Made by a program: the position numbers and the translations under genes
Assembly (NCBI GenBank): GCA_964016885.1
Contig: OZ024754.1
Coordinates: 558,001-622,000, forward strand
Source of the DNA: Eledone cirrhosa
Lineage: Eukaryota
Length of the DNA: 64,000 nucleotides
Reading direction: 5' to 3'
The notes under the pieces: generated by a model
What the model saw: the letters and a program-made list of their open reading frames with translations, nothing else
The model's database searches: none
What the model was told of the DNA's origin: nothing
In this document: piece after piece, positions 37,842 through 50,933 of the stretch
Numbering within the stretch: position 1 is the stretch's first letter
Layout of the letters: each line of letters begins with the position of its first letter

Positions 37842-37905
37842 CTTGGCCTGTTACGGTCAAACCATGTAATGTTTTTTACCATGGACACACACACACATAC
37901 AATAT

Positions 37906-38150
37906 CGTCACCGTCACCGTTTTACGCCCATTTTCTACATCAGCATGGGTTAGACGAGTTGTCCTGTTGTGGGCAATGCTAGGTAAGGTGACGATGTCAT
38001 GCTCATACAGAACTGATTTTGGCTTGGTTTCTACAGCTGGGTGCCCTTCCTAACCCAACTTCATTTACAGTGTGGCTTGGGTGCTTTTTGTCGTGACTCC
38101 TACTCGACCATTTCAGTGTGGGATGGGTGCTGTTTGTCATGACGCCTACA
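37906..38150 (-). mobile_element. RTE (LINE A family) 3' UTR/tail fragment
   Basis: Reverse-complement match to 39140-39385 (TTCTACAGCTGGGTGCCCTTCCTAAC, GCATGGGTTAGAC, GTTGTCCTGTTGTGGGCA). Confidence 0.85.
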
Positions 38151-38481
38151 ACAGTGAGTTGAAATAAATAAATAGTCGTTGACCTAAGTAGACAATTTAC
38201 AACATTCTTACAAACTTTGAGTCGAATCGGTTTGAAATTGTGCAAATGTATAAACATGGAACACACACACACACACACACGCCCAACAACAATCTGCCTT
38301 TTATAGATAATGATATATATATATATATATATAATACATTGATTGGTGACGAGTATTTCGCTATTGATCAGCTTAAGGTTCGATCTGTATCAATTTGGCC
38401 TGACTCTGGAATCAAAAGGTCGTCGGACCTGTGCTGTTGTGAACCTACAGTAACTTCACGTTACACTCCCTGGATATATAT

Positions 38482-39388
38482 AGCTAAGAATGTAGGCTTT
38501 ACATGTAGCAGCTGTACTGGGACAGCAAGCAGCAAATGTCTACAGAAACACGCACCACCAAACTCTGGGAGGACTCTGAAGAAACAGTAGACAGCTTTTG
38601 CACCTAGGTGACCAAATTAGCAGTGGAGGCGGGTGTTCGGAAAGTACAGTAACTAGGGTAAGAACAGGGTGGAAGAAGTTCAGGGAGTTACTGCCAGCTG
38701 CAAATGGCTTTCCCCTCAAAATGAAAGACAGACTATATGATGCGTGCATACGAACAGCAATGTTACGTGGTAGTGAGACCTGGGACTTGCGTAGATTAGA
38801 AAGAAATGAAGCTTATGAAGCATAAGAGGAATCAAATGCTGTGTGCAGGAGAGGAGGTTGCGTTGGTATGGACATGTGATGCGTATGAAGGATGACATGT
38901 GCATAAAAAGGTGCAGAGCACTAGAAGTTGATGGATGCTGTGGAGTGGGGAGACCCAAGAAGACTTAAGATAAGGTGATAAAAGCCAACCTTACCCAATT
39001 GCACCTCTCAAAGGTGATGACACAGGACCATGACCTCTGGCGTCACACAGTAATACAGAAGACTCGACTTCCCACGGGTACAAGCTGAAGCATATAGACA
39101 ATATGCCCTCACCCCCTCCCACTGCAAAGTGGTTGTGGAGTTGCCCTGGCAAAAAAGCACCCAGCCCACACTGTAAAGTGGTCATGTAGGCGCCACGAAA
39201 AAAAAAGCACCCAGCACTCACTGTAAATGAGGTTGGTGTTCGGAAGGGCATCCAGCTGTAGAAATCAAGCCAGAATCAGTTCCCATATGAGCAACACAAG
39301 GTCAGCCGACCGGACACTGCCCACAACAGGACAACCAGTCTAACCCATGCTAGCGTGGAAGAATGGACATAAAACAGTGATGATGATT
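38482..39388 (+). mobile_element. 5'-truncated copy of the LINE A family with a complete 3' UTR and (TGA)n tail
   Basis: [66 protein letters not shown]; two internal deletions; ends GGACATAAAACAGTGATGATG. Confidence 0.93.
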
Positions 39389-39424
39389 ATGGTATCAATA
39401 CATATTTAACATATTTAATATGTA

Positions 39425-39801
39425 TGAGGCAAGCATGCTCCGTTGGATGTGCAATGTCAATGTGCGTGAACGACCCAGCATGAATGTGTTGAGAGAGAAA
39501 TGGTGTCTGAGAGGGATAGAATGTAGTGTGCGAGAGAGGAGACTGAGGTGGTATGGACATGTGAAGTGCATGGAGGATGACCGATGGGTGAAGAAGTGCC
39601 AGGAAATGCCAGTTGAAGGAAGACGTGGTAGAGGTAGACCACGAAAAACATGGGCGGAGGTGGTGAGAACAGACCTCAGATCACTGAAGCTCACGGTGGA
39701 GATGACGAATGACTGTGACAAGTGGAGAGATGCTATGCTGAATAAGACCTGTCCCACCCTTGCAAGCAGGGAAAAGCGGACGTAAAATGATGATTATGAT
39801 G
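39425..39801 (+). mobile_element. 5'-truncated RTE LINE of a second subfamily (D)
   Basis: EASMLRWMCNVNVRERPS…RRLRWYGHV…GRPRKTW; ends GTCCCACCCTTGCAAGCAGGGAAAAGCGGACGTAAAATGATGA. Confidence 0.9.
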
Positions 39802-40214
39802 TTAGCACAAAGTTAACTGCTTCAACATAGGGGTTTCTTTTACTCTGAAAAAATAGCCAAATAAGTTGGGCATATGGCCCCTAGAGAGAGGGGTATAAGT
39901 GGGATAGGATAGCATTGTCTGTCACCAGCTTATTAGTTATATTACTAAATCCCTTAAAATTCTTGATTATTTTAAAAATTATTTTAAAATTATAGCATCA
40001 AAAGTGGAAATTATATTATAAATTTTCTTATTACAGTAGATTAGTTACATAATGAACAATTCTAAGAGAGCATTAACTTTAAAACAATGTCTGATTTGAA
40101 TCCTTCCTACTAAATGTAATGACTAATAAGACAGTACATAGCATGAGAATGTTGTCTCTTAAAATTTAGCTACTTAGCTATTTAATGAGTGTTTTATGAA
40201 GTGTCATTATTTGA

Positions 40215-41172
40215 ATAATTGTTTCTAAGTCCAGCAATTTGAAGGGAAAAGGAAAGTCAATTAACCCTCTCTCACCTCTTTCTGTTCAAACTTGCTATAA
40301 CTGGCTGCTCATATTGATGTTAAGGTGTTCTCAAAATAAATATCATCAAAATCTCATATATTTGATATTATGTGAGATAATTGTGTAAGATAAAGCTTTT
40401 ACCACAAAAATACAATACTAAATATAGAGTAATGTAAATGCTAAAGGGTTAAATCGAACCCTGGTACTTTATTTTATTGACCCTGTAAGAATGAAAGGCA
40501 AAGCTAACCTGGTGAAATTAGAACTAAGAACGCAAAGGACCGTAACTATGCTGCAAAGCATATTGTCCAACACTCTACCGATACTGTCATTCCACCACCC
40601 TTCATTTAAATAATGATTTCTACTTTAGGCACAAGGCCAGCAATTTGGGGGAAGGGGAAAGTCGATTAAACGACCCCAGTGCATTACTGGTGCTTTATTT
40701 TATCAACCTCGTAAGGATGAAAGGCAAAGCTAACCTCGACAGGATTTGAACTCAGAAAGTAAAGAACCATAACTATATGCCACAAAGCATGTTGGTAATA
40801 ATTGTTTCTACTTTTGGCACAAGGCCAGCAGTTATCCAGTACATTACTGGTACTTTATTTTTTCGACCCCATATGGATGAAAGGCAAAGTTAACCTTGGC
40901 GGGATTTGAACTCAGATCGTAAAGGGACGTAACTATGCTGGAAAGCATGTCCGACCCTTTACCGATACTGCCAATTAACAGTAATAATTGTTTCTACTTT
41001 TGGCACAAGGCCAGCAATTATCCAGTACATTACGGGTACTTTATTTTATCGACCCCATAAGGATGAAAGGCAAAGTTAACCTCGGTGGGATTTGAACTCA
41101 GAATGGCAAGGGCCGTAACTCTATGCGTCAAAGCAAGGTGTCCGACCCTCTATCGATACTGCCAATCCACAG
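40215..41172 (-). mobile_element. Four head-to-tail copies of a tRNA-derived SINE with a Nin/Deu-like domain
   Basis: Units start at ~40215, 40609, 40797 and 40984. On the - strand each has a B-box-like GAGTTCAAATC followed by TTTGCCTTTCATCC…GGGGTCGATAAAATAAAGTACC. Confidence 0.85.
40265..40448. mobile_element. TTAA-flanked (piggyBac-like) MITE nested in a SINE
   Basis: TTAA at 40261-40264 and 40449-40452; CCCT…AAATGCTAAAGGG ends; body matches 50740-50933. Confidence 0.85.
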
Positions 41173-41317
41173 ACCTCCACAGTAATAATGCAAGTTATTA
41201 CCTGCCATAAAAGTCTTAGTTTTGTTAATTTATATTTTTAAATGAAATAGTCCTTTCTAATCGAAGCTGAAGATGTATATTGACATTAATAAATACTAGC
41301 AATGTCTCTTTGTTTTA

Positions 41318-41504
41318 ACCCTTAAAGTCCTGTACCACACGAAACTGCATTAGCAAGATATTAGCAACACTATAACTGTATCCCATGAAAAATTCAACGA
41401 AATTTTTACAGTGATCTGTCCACTAGTAAAGATACTATGAACATTTGAATTAAGAAACTCTAGTTTTAGACATTTATTACTCAGTCATTACTGGATGTTA
41501 AGAG
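41318..41504. mobile_element. TTAA-type MITE, second family
   Basis: TTAACCCTTAA…GATGTTAAGAGTTAA ends; right half matches 49987-50077. Confidence 0.6.
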
Positions 41505-43417
41505 TTAACTGATGCAAATTTATCTCTGTATTCCGACAATAATTTCTGTTAAATCTCTCTAGGCCTTGCTGTTGAGGCTCTTTTTCAGAATTCTTTGAGA
41601 TTTTGCTTTCTCCTTAGGCTACTCCTACTGAAAGTGAGATCATTTGCTATCAGAATATGTCTCAGCAGATAAGATGAGCTTTCATAATATGAAGGAACAG
41701 TTGCCTGCAGCCACATCTTTTGTAGTGTGTGTGTGTGTGTTGCCAATTTTGACTGGCCACCAAATACTAGGAAGTTTGTAGCTATTACTTCAAACTCTTT
41801 TCTTGTTGAACCTGCATTGATTCATATAAATGTAATCCCAATTTACCCGGAGAGCTATTCCCATGAGTTGACATTCAATCACAGGGCTCACATAAATTAG
41901 AATCAGCCCCTGCTAGTTTTTTTTCCTTCATATTATGTTCTCACAAGAGATTGAAATTTATGTTGTCTCCATTTGTGTTTTCATGGAAGGAGCACTTTAT
42001 GAATATCCTAGGAACAGTTCTTCCATTGCTATAAGTGCAATTTTCAACTAAGTTTAACTTTTAAGTTTACAGTTGTCTTAGTTTTAACATGTTTTTTTCC
42101 TCATTTTCCACTAAAATATATGTAAATGTTTGCCTGTATTATTTATTTTCTAGATATCTATTGACCTAATTACTCTAAAATATCTCAGTACATCTTACAC
42201 CTGAAAACAATGACATCTCGCGATTTACTCATTTATTTGCATTGTTGTCTATTATTTTATAGATAGACATTAGTGTTTAATGAGGAATCTACAGGTTTGG
42301 GTACTTGGAATTCAAGTTCAGAACATTGATCTGTAATAGTAAAATTTAACAAAATAAAAGCAAAATCCTTAACTATCCCATTATTGTATTTCTTCTTAAT
42401 TAATTTTGAATTAATTAATGAAGAATTTAGAGGGAATTGCTAAAATCATTAAATTATTTCATTACCAAGGAATATGTGACAGAAAAATTAATGGCAAAAT
42501 GGGGTAGGTGGGTGGTGGGTCATTTTATATTTGGGATCAATATTTTGACAATTTTCACCATTTTACCATCAATTTTTTTTTTTTTGTCACTTATTTCTCT
42601 ATATACAAGTATATATAGTATATTAAAACATTACAACTATTGAAATTTTATATCTGATTTTTATTGCTCTCATGCTTGCCTTCTCTCTCTTGATGTCTTT
42701 CCCTCTCTCTCTTGATGTCTTTCCCTCCCTCTTCTACTCTATGAATTCCTATACAAAGTTCTTAGTCGATCTCTTGTTTTAATGTACTAGAGTGACTGGA
42801 AGTAAATAAAAATTTGAGAAACTTGACATTTTATAAAACGGATGAAATGGTAAAAAAGGCATTACATAAGGGAGTTGGGAAACAAAAACTGTACTCTAAA
42901 CTTCAAAAATATATTTTATACCCATGAGAATTTTAAACCCATGCCATCTAAATATGTGTTGATTAGCTGCCTTGGCTTATAAACGGGGTTTGAATTTTTG
43001 CCTATTTCTCGGACATAAAATAGGGGTGTTGACTTATAATTGAGTCTATACGGTAAAAAGGAATCCTTTAGAGTGGGTGGTTTTGTTTAATAGAACCATA
43101 GGCAGTTTTGGGTGGATTGACATCAAAAGGGTTAAGATGATTTAATATTTCACTCTGAGATAACAATTCAATAGAATTGTAATGATTTTCTTAAACATAA
43201 AATTTATTAGAAAAATATATTTTTTTTTCTTTTGTTAAAAAATCGTGAATATTAAATGATTTGATGTAAATGTAACTAGATTTTTTAAACTAGAAGCCTT
43301 TGCTGTAATAAGAATGTAGACACTTTTCACAATTCCGCTCTACACAGAAAAACATAAGAGATTACCTTTATGCATTTTGAACATTTTTGTCTCCTCATTA
43401 AAGAGATTGATTTAAAG

Positions 43418-43711
43418 CAGGCATGGGCAGCCATTTTCGAGAAGTTGGTTGCATGAGATATGGCTCATCATCAGACGGGCCACAAGCGCTAATTTACATT
43501 CATGCCTGCATTAAAATAAAAGGACGGTAACTCAGATTGTTTTGATTTGTTTCTTCAGAATTCGTACATGTTGTTTTCCTCGATCGTAAAAATGATAGAA
43601 AGATAAATTATGACTGAAAAGTTGGGGTAAAAAAAAATCAGAAAGATTTCACTTAGGTGACTTAGGCGAGCCATTCAGAAAGCTTTGCGGGTCGCAGGTT
43701 GCCCATGACTG
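43418..43711. mobile_element. hAT (Charlie-like) MITE
   Basis: TIRs CAGGCATGGGCA / TGCCCATGACTG; 8-bp TSD ATTTAAAG/ATTTAAAT (7 of 8 match). Confidence 0.82.
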
Positions 43712-44400
43712 ATTTAAATCCTCCTGCGATCAATGTGTTTTATGATGCTTAATAAATGGTTGCTTTTTTTCCATTTCAAGTTTAATTGTAAAGATTAGAT
43801 TCAGCAGTTCAATATACAAATCAACAAACTTATTTACATAACACCTGAATGAAGTTTGCTGGTTCAGCTTGCCTTTCAAGTTGAATCTTTGCCACTGGCT
43901 AGATCACATACAATTTGGAGTAAGACTGCATTCCATTAATGAAAACTGTTAGACTGTTGTTGATCACTGAAGGATTTGTGTTGATAACTTGTCATGTTCT
44001 CTCTTATCTGTCATTGTAGTGATGTCAACCTAAATATAAAGTTAATTTATTAACATTCTTGAAAATTTCCACATTATAATGGTCAAACTGCAAAGTGGAT
44101 AGGTATTGACTTTCAACAGTAGTAGTTTATAGGAGCAGTAGTTTTGGAGATGGCAAACCTATGCGTTTTAATTTCTTTTGGGGACATGAAATATTCATGG
44201 CATTTTCAGCAAAATTTGTGCCTCTTAGTCTTGTTCTGGCTGATGGTAATTCAATACTAAAGTAAACACTCTCTGAATTGAATGTTATTGATTGTGAGAA
44301 CATTACCATTTGCTTGGTTATAGCAATATTAACTTTCAGACAAACCTACCTTGAAGCATCTGTAAGTTTATTCAGTATGATTCAGGGATCAGCATAGTAT

Positions 44401-44552
44401 GGAAGGCACATATCCAAGTGATGAGTGTATTTGGCTCACAATCATCAGGTCATGTGTGTAATAGCTGGACAGCTTGTGCCCTTCAACTAGTACAGATTAC
44501 TCCAGTCCACTGAGCTAAAAATATTAATACCAGTAGCTGGTGGGGGCTAACC
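44401..44552 (+). mobile_element. Old tRNA-derived SINE head and core
   Basis: Degenerate match to 56325-56468 (GGAAGGCACAT…CTCCAGTCCACTGAGCT…ACCAG). Confidence 0.55.
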
Positions 44553-44599
44553 TTATGACAGAAGCCCTAACAACTCTGCTGAATCACTGCTTAATTCTC

Positions 44600-44763
44600 A
44601 AATAGGTTTGAAAATAATCAAGAATTTGCAGGGTTTATTCCATTATTAAGCTGGAGTTTGGTACATAACTTAGAGGTTCTTAAATAGAATTACGATGGGT
44701 TTTAAAATAAACAGCTCTCAGTACCATAGAAACTAGGAGTAGTTTTAGTATCAAAAGGGTTAA
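44600..44763. mobile_element. TTAA-type MITE fragment, third family (ends TATCAAAAGGGTTAA)
   Basis: Same terminus and sub-terminal sequence at ~47430-47590 and ~43090-43135. Confidence 0.55.
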
Positions 44764-45217
44764 ATATTAATAATATAGTGGATTTGATGCAAACAGCTAT
44801 TCTCTCTCACCTATAACAAATGGCTTTGTGTGTTTTAAAAACATAAAAAAATCTATATAATAGAAATATTAAATAACATTTTTACTTGAAGTTCTATAAT
44901 AATTCTTTTATGAAAAAATCCATCTTGATACTTACAATTTCTTTATTTCTTAATTACAGATCAATCGGATTGTTAAATTGTATTTAGGTCACCTACAGCA
45001 TCAAGTAAGAATTTCTATACCTTTTATTTAAATTGTATGATTCTAAGGTGAAGTTTGTAAAAGTGATATCAAATACAAAACTATTATTGGATAGTGTCTA
45101 ATTTGTTACAGCTTAACATTTATCTCACCACCTCTTTAATATAGTTTGTGGTTAATTTTATTATCAGTGATACTTGCAATATCATCATCATCATTTATCT
45201 ATGTTTGCATGGGTTAA

Positions 45218-45410
45218 CCCTTTAGCATTCACATTACTCTATATTTACTATTGTATTTTCATGGTAAAGGCTTTATCTCACATAATATCAAATCTATGAG
45301 ATTTTGACGTCATTTATTTTGAAAACAGTACATGTTGGATGGGCAGCCAGTTTGAAGTGAAAGAGGTGAGAGAATTCTGGCCGTGTACGGCCAGTTTAAA
45401 TGCTAAAGGG
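45218..45410. mobile_element. TTAA-flanked (piggyBac-like) MITE inserted into a SINE/RTE tail
   Basis: TIR CCCTTTAGCATT / AATGCTAAAGGG; TTAA at 45214-45217 and 45411-45414; flanks resemble an (ATC)n…CATGGGTT…TTTCTACAG tail. Confidence 0.88.
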
Positions 45411-46987
45411 TTAAATGAGATCCTTTTTGTAGCAGGTTTTCTACAGTTTGATGCATATCCTGATGCCAACTCATTCTTATTCTTAAGTATGGTGTATGCT
45501 GCTGCTATTTGTCAAATTACTACACTGCAGGTGTAGAACCTTCTAGTCCTATCAAGGATCTGACAATATCTCTAGTGCTGCTGCCACAATAAAATGCACC
45601 CTGTACATTCAAGTGGTGGTGCTGGTGCCATGATAAAATACACTAAGGTGAATTTCTTAACCACACAGCCATCCTGTATGTTTGAATTAGTTTGATTTTG
45701 TTTTTTTATTTAGATTATATTTTGGGAGGGTTTTATTGGATATTACCATTTGGCAAAATACTTCAATTGTGATGTGTTTTTTATACATTCTAGGAATGGG
45801 AAAACTAAAGATTGACTGTTTCATGCAAATCTCATTATGAGAAGTCAAAAATTATATGCACTTTTGTTTCTTAATTTTTTAAAACAAAAGTAGGGGTTGA
45901 ACAATTACATAATTTTTCAACATAATCTCCTTGCTTTTTGATACTGTTCTTTCACCATCTTACTTAGAAACATGTAAAGATTAGAATCAGTGTTTTAAAA
46001 AGGTTTCGACCAACCTATGTAGCATGCAAAAGCAATGATGACTACAGATTTTGAAACAGTTCTTTGTTTTCCAAATCTATCTTTTGTTTTATAATATATA
46101 CTTTCTCTTTTCTCGCTCATCTCTTTCTCTCACATTCATTCTTAAAGATTATGAAAATTTGGTTATTTTATTACAAATCATTTTAAATTCATTAAATTCA
46201 TTAAAATTTCACAGTTATAGAAACTGCATGACAATGACAAGTACTTCATCTCACTGCAAATTACTAATAGATTAAAAAAGATATAAAAAATAAAACAGAA
46301 AAATAAACATCCTTTCCCCAGACAAAAATTTTATCCTAGAAAATGTGGAACTTTCATTGTAACTTAAAAGTACTGTTATCAGTATAGTGTACCAATTGAA
46401 ATGTAACATTATTCCTTTAGAATGTTCCTTACACACACAAAGCTATTATGTTTTTTCTGTGAAATTTCGTAATTACTGCTTTCTGTATGTGCTTATGTAT
46501 TAGCTGCTGCTTCTACTACTACTACTGTTGCTGCCAACTGCTAGCATCTGGGAAATTTATCAAAATATGCTCCACCTCACCCCAACCCCACTTCCAATAG
46601 TGTGATGTTATTTGAAATTCCTATTGTTTTGTGTTGCTATCTATGATTAATAGAAAAATGAGATGAAGAAAAGAATTTTATTTTGTAGGCTTGAGCAAAA
46701 CATAAGTGTACTTAGTTAAAAAGCATCCTTTTCTTTAAAAAAATATAGCTTTTTATTCTATTGTAAACAGCCTGGGCAAAATTTCAAGTTGAATATAATA
46801 TATCCACTTATGAGTTTTTATTTGAGGCTAATTAAGGAGTAATGTTAAATGATTTAGTATTTAAATATAGTGTCTGTTTTCATTCAATCTTTTCAATTAG
46901 CTACATTTGAGATTCTATTCCTTTTGTACTTCTGACCTCTAAAGTAGCAGTTTGGGTTTCTTACAAGATGGTGACTATTTGGTTTGT

Positions 46988-47314
46988 ATCATCATCATCA
47001 TCATCATTTTTTACATCCACTTTTCCCTGCTTGCAAGGGTGGGACGGCAACTGATTCTGGCTTGATTTCTACAGCTGGATGCCCTTCCTAACACCAACCT
47101 CATTTACAGTGAGTCCTGGGTGCTTTTTTTCTGTGGCGCCTACACGTCCACTTTACAGTGTGGGCTGGGTGCTTTTTTGGCATGGCACCTCCACGACCAC
47201 TTAGCAGTGGAATGATAGGGATCCCAGTCCTATCATCTCATTTCTACAGCTGAGTAAACTGGAGCAATGTGAAATAAAGTGCCTTGCTCAAGGAAACAAC
47301 ACATCACCCGGTCT
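46988..47314 (-). mobile_element. 5'-truncated SINE of the same family as 56325-56654
   Basis: (ATC)n tail, CCACTTTTCCCTGCTTGCAAGGGTGGGAC, a LINE A 3' UTR segment, then the core TTCTACAGCTGAGTAAACTGGAGCAA…CTTGCTCAAGG. Confidence 0.92.
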
Positions 47315-47639
47315 AATCACTTAGGGGCCACTTTAAAAAAAAAAAAATTTTTTTTTATTACAATTTACTGTTTCCTTACCCTATTTCTATCGAAATACAT
47401 TTTCCATGTTTCAATCAATTTTAAAAAATAATCTAGAATTTGGAAGTGTTTAATGAAATAAAAGAACACATTTCTCTATTAGGCTGTTGTTTGAAACATA
47501 GCTTAAAAAGTTTTTACATAAAATTTTGAGAGCAGAACTGACAGTTTTGTATCATAGAACCAGAGGCAGTTTGGTATCAAAAGGGTTAAAGAGTTAGTGT
47601 CTGAATATCAAATAAAATGGAGAGAAAGAAATGGGTATT

Positions 47640-47776
47640 ACATGATATCGAATCTATGGGATTTTAATATTTATTTTGAAGACAATACCTTAACATCAGT
47701 ATGAGCAGCTGATTTGAACAGAAAAAGGAGAGAGAATTCTGGCCAGATATGGCCGGTTTAAATGCTAAAGGGTTAA
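47640..47776. mobile_element. Partial copy of the CCCTTTAGCATT MITE
   Basis: Matches 45280-45414 and ends AAATGCTAAAGGGTTAA. Confidence 0.8.
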
Positions 47777-47792
47777 TTAACTTTAGTTTATA

Positions 47793-49050
47793 CTAGCAGA
47801 ATGGCCCGGCATTGCTTGGGATTCTAAACATAGATTGGCATGTTTATCCCTCATTTCTGAAACAGTACAGAGAAGTACGGGATACCTTGACCTGGGGATG
47901 GTGTCTGCATTTTGTGCTTATGAAAAAAATTTGTCGTAGATTACCAGGGGTTTAACTTAATTGGGTGCCTGAGAGTAAAATGTTCAACCCACGAAAGCTA
48001 AGACAATAGGGTTAAGTAAAAAGGCATTCGACAAACCGAAAAAGTATTCGTTGTGCTATGGTACAATGAAAGCAATAGTTACAGAGCAATAAGCATGTGG
48101 GACTGCAGTGGTGGAGAGTGGTGTGGTCTTACTCCTTTCAACGTTTCGTTATATGTTCACCAATTGATGCAGAAGTCCTAATAAAAAGTGAAGTCGCCTT
48201 GGGTGAATAGGCAAATAATTTTCCATTACGATTTTTCAAAAGCATGTAATTGTGTTCCCTCTCTTTTTTGTTGTTGTTTTTGCTGCTGTTGGTGTGATAG
48301 CAGCTGTTGGTCGTACTACTAACAGTCTCGTCCTTCTTCACCCAATCGTGTATATCCCCTTCTGCCTCGTCTACCTAAAAAATGATTGTAGCACCTCCCT
48401 TTTCTTGCTGCTTTCGCAGTATTTCGGCCAATGGAGTATCTCTTCCTTCGAGGCATGACGTAAAAGCAGGATGAAGTACACTAAGACTAACTGGTAGAGT
48501 AAGGAGTAAACTCATCAGTAATGCATATGATTTACGAACCGTTGACTATGTAATCACTAGCCTTGATTGTTTATATTTTGTTTTTGTATATGCAAAAATA
48601 TCTGTACACGAATATATATATTAAAATAACAGATTAAAGTTTAAGCAAAGAATCACTGCTTTCACTCTTAATGGGATCTTCTGAAACTAAAAAAATCAAT
48701 CTGTGAACGCAGAAGTAAATATTTCGAAAAAACATTACACACTATATACGCACAGAGAGAGAGAGATAGTGTCATAATGTCGTAATGCAGACAGCCAGAC
48801 ATACAGACATATATTATAAGGGCGCGACGTTGTAGCTATGTACCTATCTAAAAAGACAGACTAAGAATTATAGAGAGATCGCTAAATGGGGCCTAATGCG
48901 GCCCCTAGGGCATTGAAAATTTGAAATATTTTTTGCTCAAAACACTTACACGACCATAAGTATTACATGTGTAAAGTTTGAAAACAATCGGTTGGGTGGT
49001 TCTCGAGTTTTAGGGAGTCAGACAGACATTCTCTGTTTTAGATATATAGA
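47793..49050 (-). mobile_element. Non-autonomous Helitron (~1.26 kb)
   Basis: On the - strand it starts a|TCTATATATCTAAAA…TGTCTGTCTG and ends with the hairpin CCCAAGCAATGCCGGG then CTAG|t; A|T target and no TSD. Internal MPRRKRYSIGRNTAK remnant from 48456. Confidence 0.82.
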
Positions 49051-49377
49051 TTATATAGTAAGAATTAAAAGAAACTATCTTTGGTATTTTATATTCTGTA
49101 ATATTTTTAACCAGGCTTCCTTTTTGGCAAAACTTTTCCTGAAGGATTTAATTTTTCTATTATATCAGTCAGTTAGGATTTATCATCTGACTTAATCTAG
49201 GATTTTTGCCATATTTTAGATAGTTAAAAGAGCTTGCCAGTAAAGTTTTCATTATTCATTTCTGAATGTTATATAGATGTGGTGTAGAAAACCTACCAAC
49301 ATATGCCAGCATGAGAAATATATATAAAAATGTCACACACATACAACCCCCCCCCTCCTACACAAGTAACTCTTTGC

Positions 49378-49408
<31 letters not shown>

Positions 49409-50387
49409 ACCCATACACTCTTTATCTCTCTCTGATATGGGACCATTTTCCTGCCACGCTTTGAACCTGAGGATTGTCAGAACCTGGAGTAATCAACATT
49501 CAAGCAACCAGTCTTAAAATATACAAAAAATATGACAGAATAAGGAATTAATATTTATAGATTAGCAAAGTTTTTTTTCTAGTGTTTTGGGGAGTTTCTG
49601 TAACTTATATTGTAAAGTTCTTATAAATCCCCCATCCTCTATTTCTAACCCAGCTCTTCTGTACAGTTTGTTGACATCCAGAAGTATAATATATTTAAGC
49701 CTTAAGTACAGTTTGACACTCAGACAGAAGTAAAATATACTTTAGCCTCAAGTACAGTTTCTCACTAGCCATAGATGATAGGGTTGGTGATCTGGTGAAC
49801 AGAAATATAATCACAAGAAAAAAGGGCACATTTTTTGTTAGGAAAAAGAATCACATTTTATGAATGTTAAAAACCTGTACTGCATGAAAATACACTAGCA
49901 AGAATTCTTGAAAAGTACAACACAGCACTATGACTGCATCAAATTAAAAAAATAGTTTTAACTCTAATACTGCAGATTCTTACAATCTGTCCAGTAGTAA
50001 AAATACTATAAACATTTGAATTAACAAACCTGTTTTTAGATATTTTTTACTAAATTATTATAAGATGTTAAGGGTTAAATATAAAAAAAAAAGAAAGTTA
50101 TTTGAAATATTAGAAACATACCTACAAAACTATAAGAAAAAACCTACTGAAAGCACTTAAATTCCAGTTTAAACTTTATCACCGAAGAAAATCTTTGATA
50201 ACTCTAAGAATCTACAGATTTGATTGTATATTTCTCCTGGATTACTTGTTTGAAAAGATTGTTACTATTTTGAAAGTTCAAAGGCTTGTTCTTTTATCAG
50301 TAACAAACAGTTTGGTTTCATTCAGTCATTTAGTATTTCTACAACAGCATTATATTTTGAGTCATTGAGTTTTAATTCTTTTGCTGA

Positions 50388-50555
50388 TGAAGGCATGTGA
50401 CCTAGTGGTTAGGATGTTGGTCATATGATCATAATGTTATATTTTTAAACAAGACACTCCATTTTACATTGTTCCAGTCCAGCTTCTGAAAATGAGTACC
50501 AGTAGCAGCAGCTGGGATTGGATTAACCTTGCTGCCTGCATCCCATCCAAGAGGA
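50388..50555 (+). mobile_element. Old tRNA-derived SINE
   Basis: A-box-like TGACCTAGTGG and core CAAGACACT…TTGTTCCAGTCCA…AAAATGAGTACCAG. Confidence 0.65.
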
Positions 50556-50739
50556 ATCATGGGCTGGCCAAGATACTCTCTTTTTCAATATATTCCCTAG
50601 AGAGAAACAATGCAATTAAGAAAAGTTGAAATTAATGCATGCAAGATTTTACAGCTCTAGCATAAATCTTTTATAGTCAGCCTATGAACTTTTCAGCCAA
50701 CCCTTGTACTGCTAAGATGCAAAGTTTTTATTCCATTAA

Positions 50740-50933
50740 CCCTTTAGCAGCTGTATCCGGCCAGAATTCTCTCACCGCTTTCTGTTCAAACTGGCTGTAA
50801 CTAGCCGCTCATACTGATATTAAGGTATTGTTTTCAAAATAAATATCAAAATCTCATAGATTCGATTATTATGTGAGGTAAAGCCTTTACCATGAAAATA
50901 TAGTAAATATAGAGTAATGTAAATGCTAAAGGG
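50740..50933. mobile_element. TTAA-flanked (piggyBac-like) MITE
   Basis: TTAA at 50736-50739 and 50934-50937; TIR CCCTTTAGCA / TGCTAAAGGG. Confidence 0.88.

Noticed and set aside
42985-43055. Tc1/mariner-pogo-like terminus (…GACTTATAATTGAGTCTATACGGTA)
   Set aside because: Only one end is visible and there is no matching TIR, so it is not listed as a feature.
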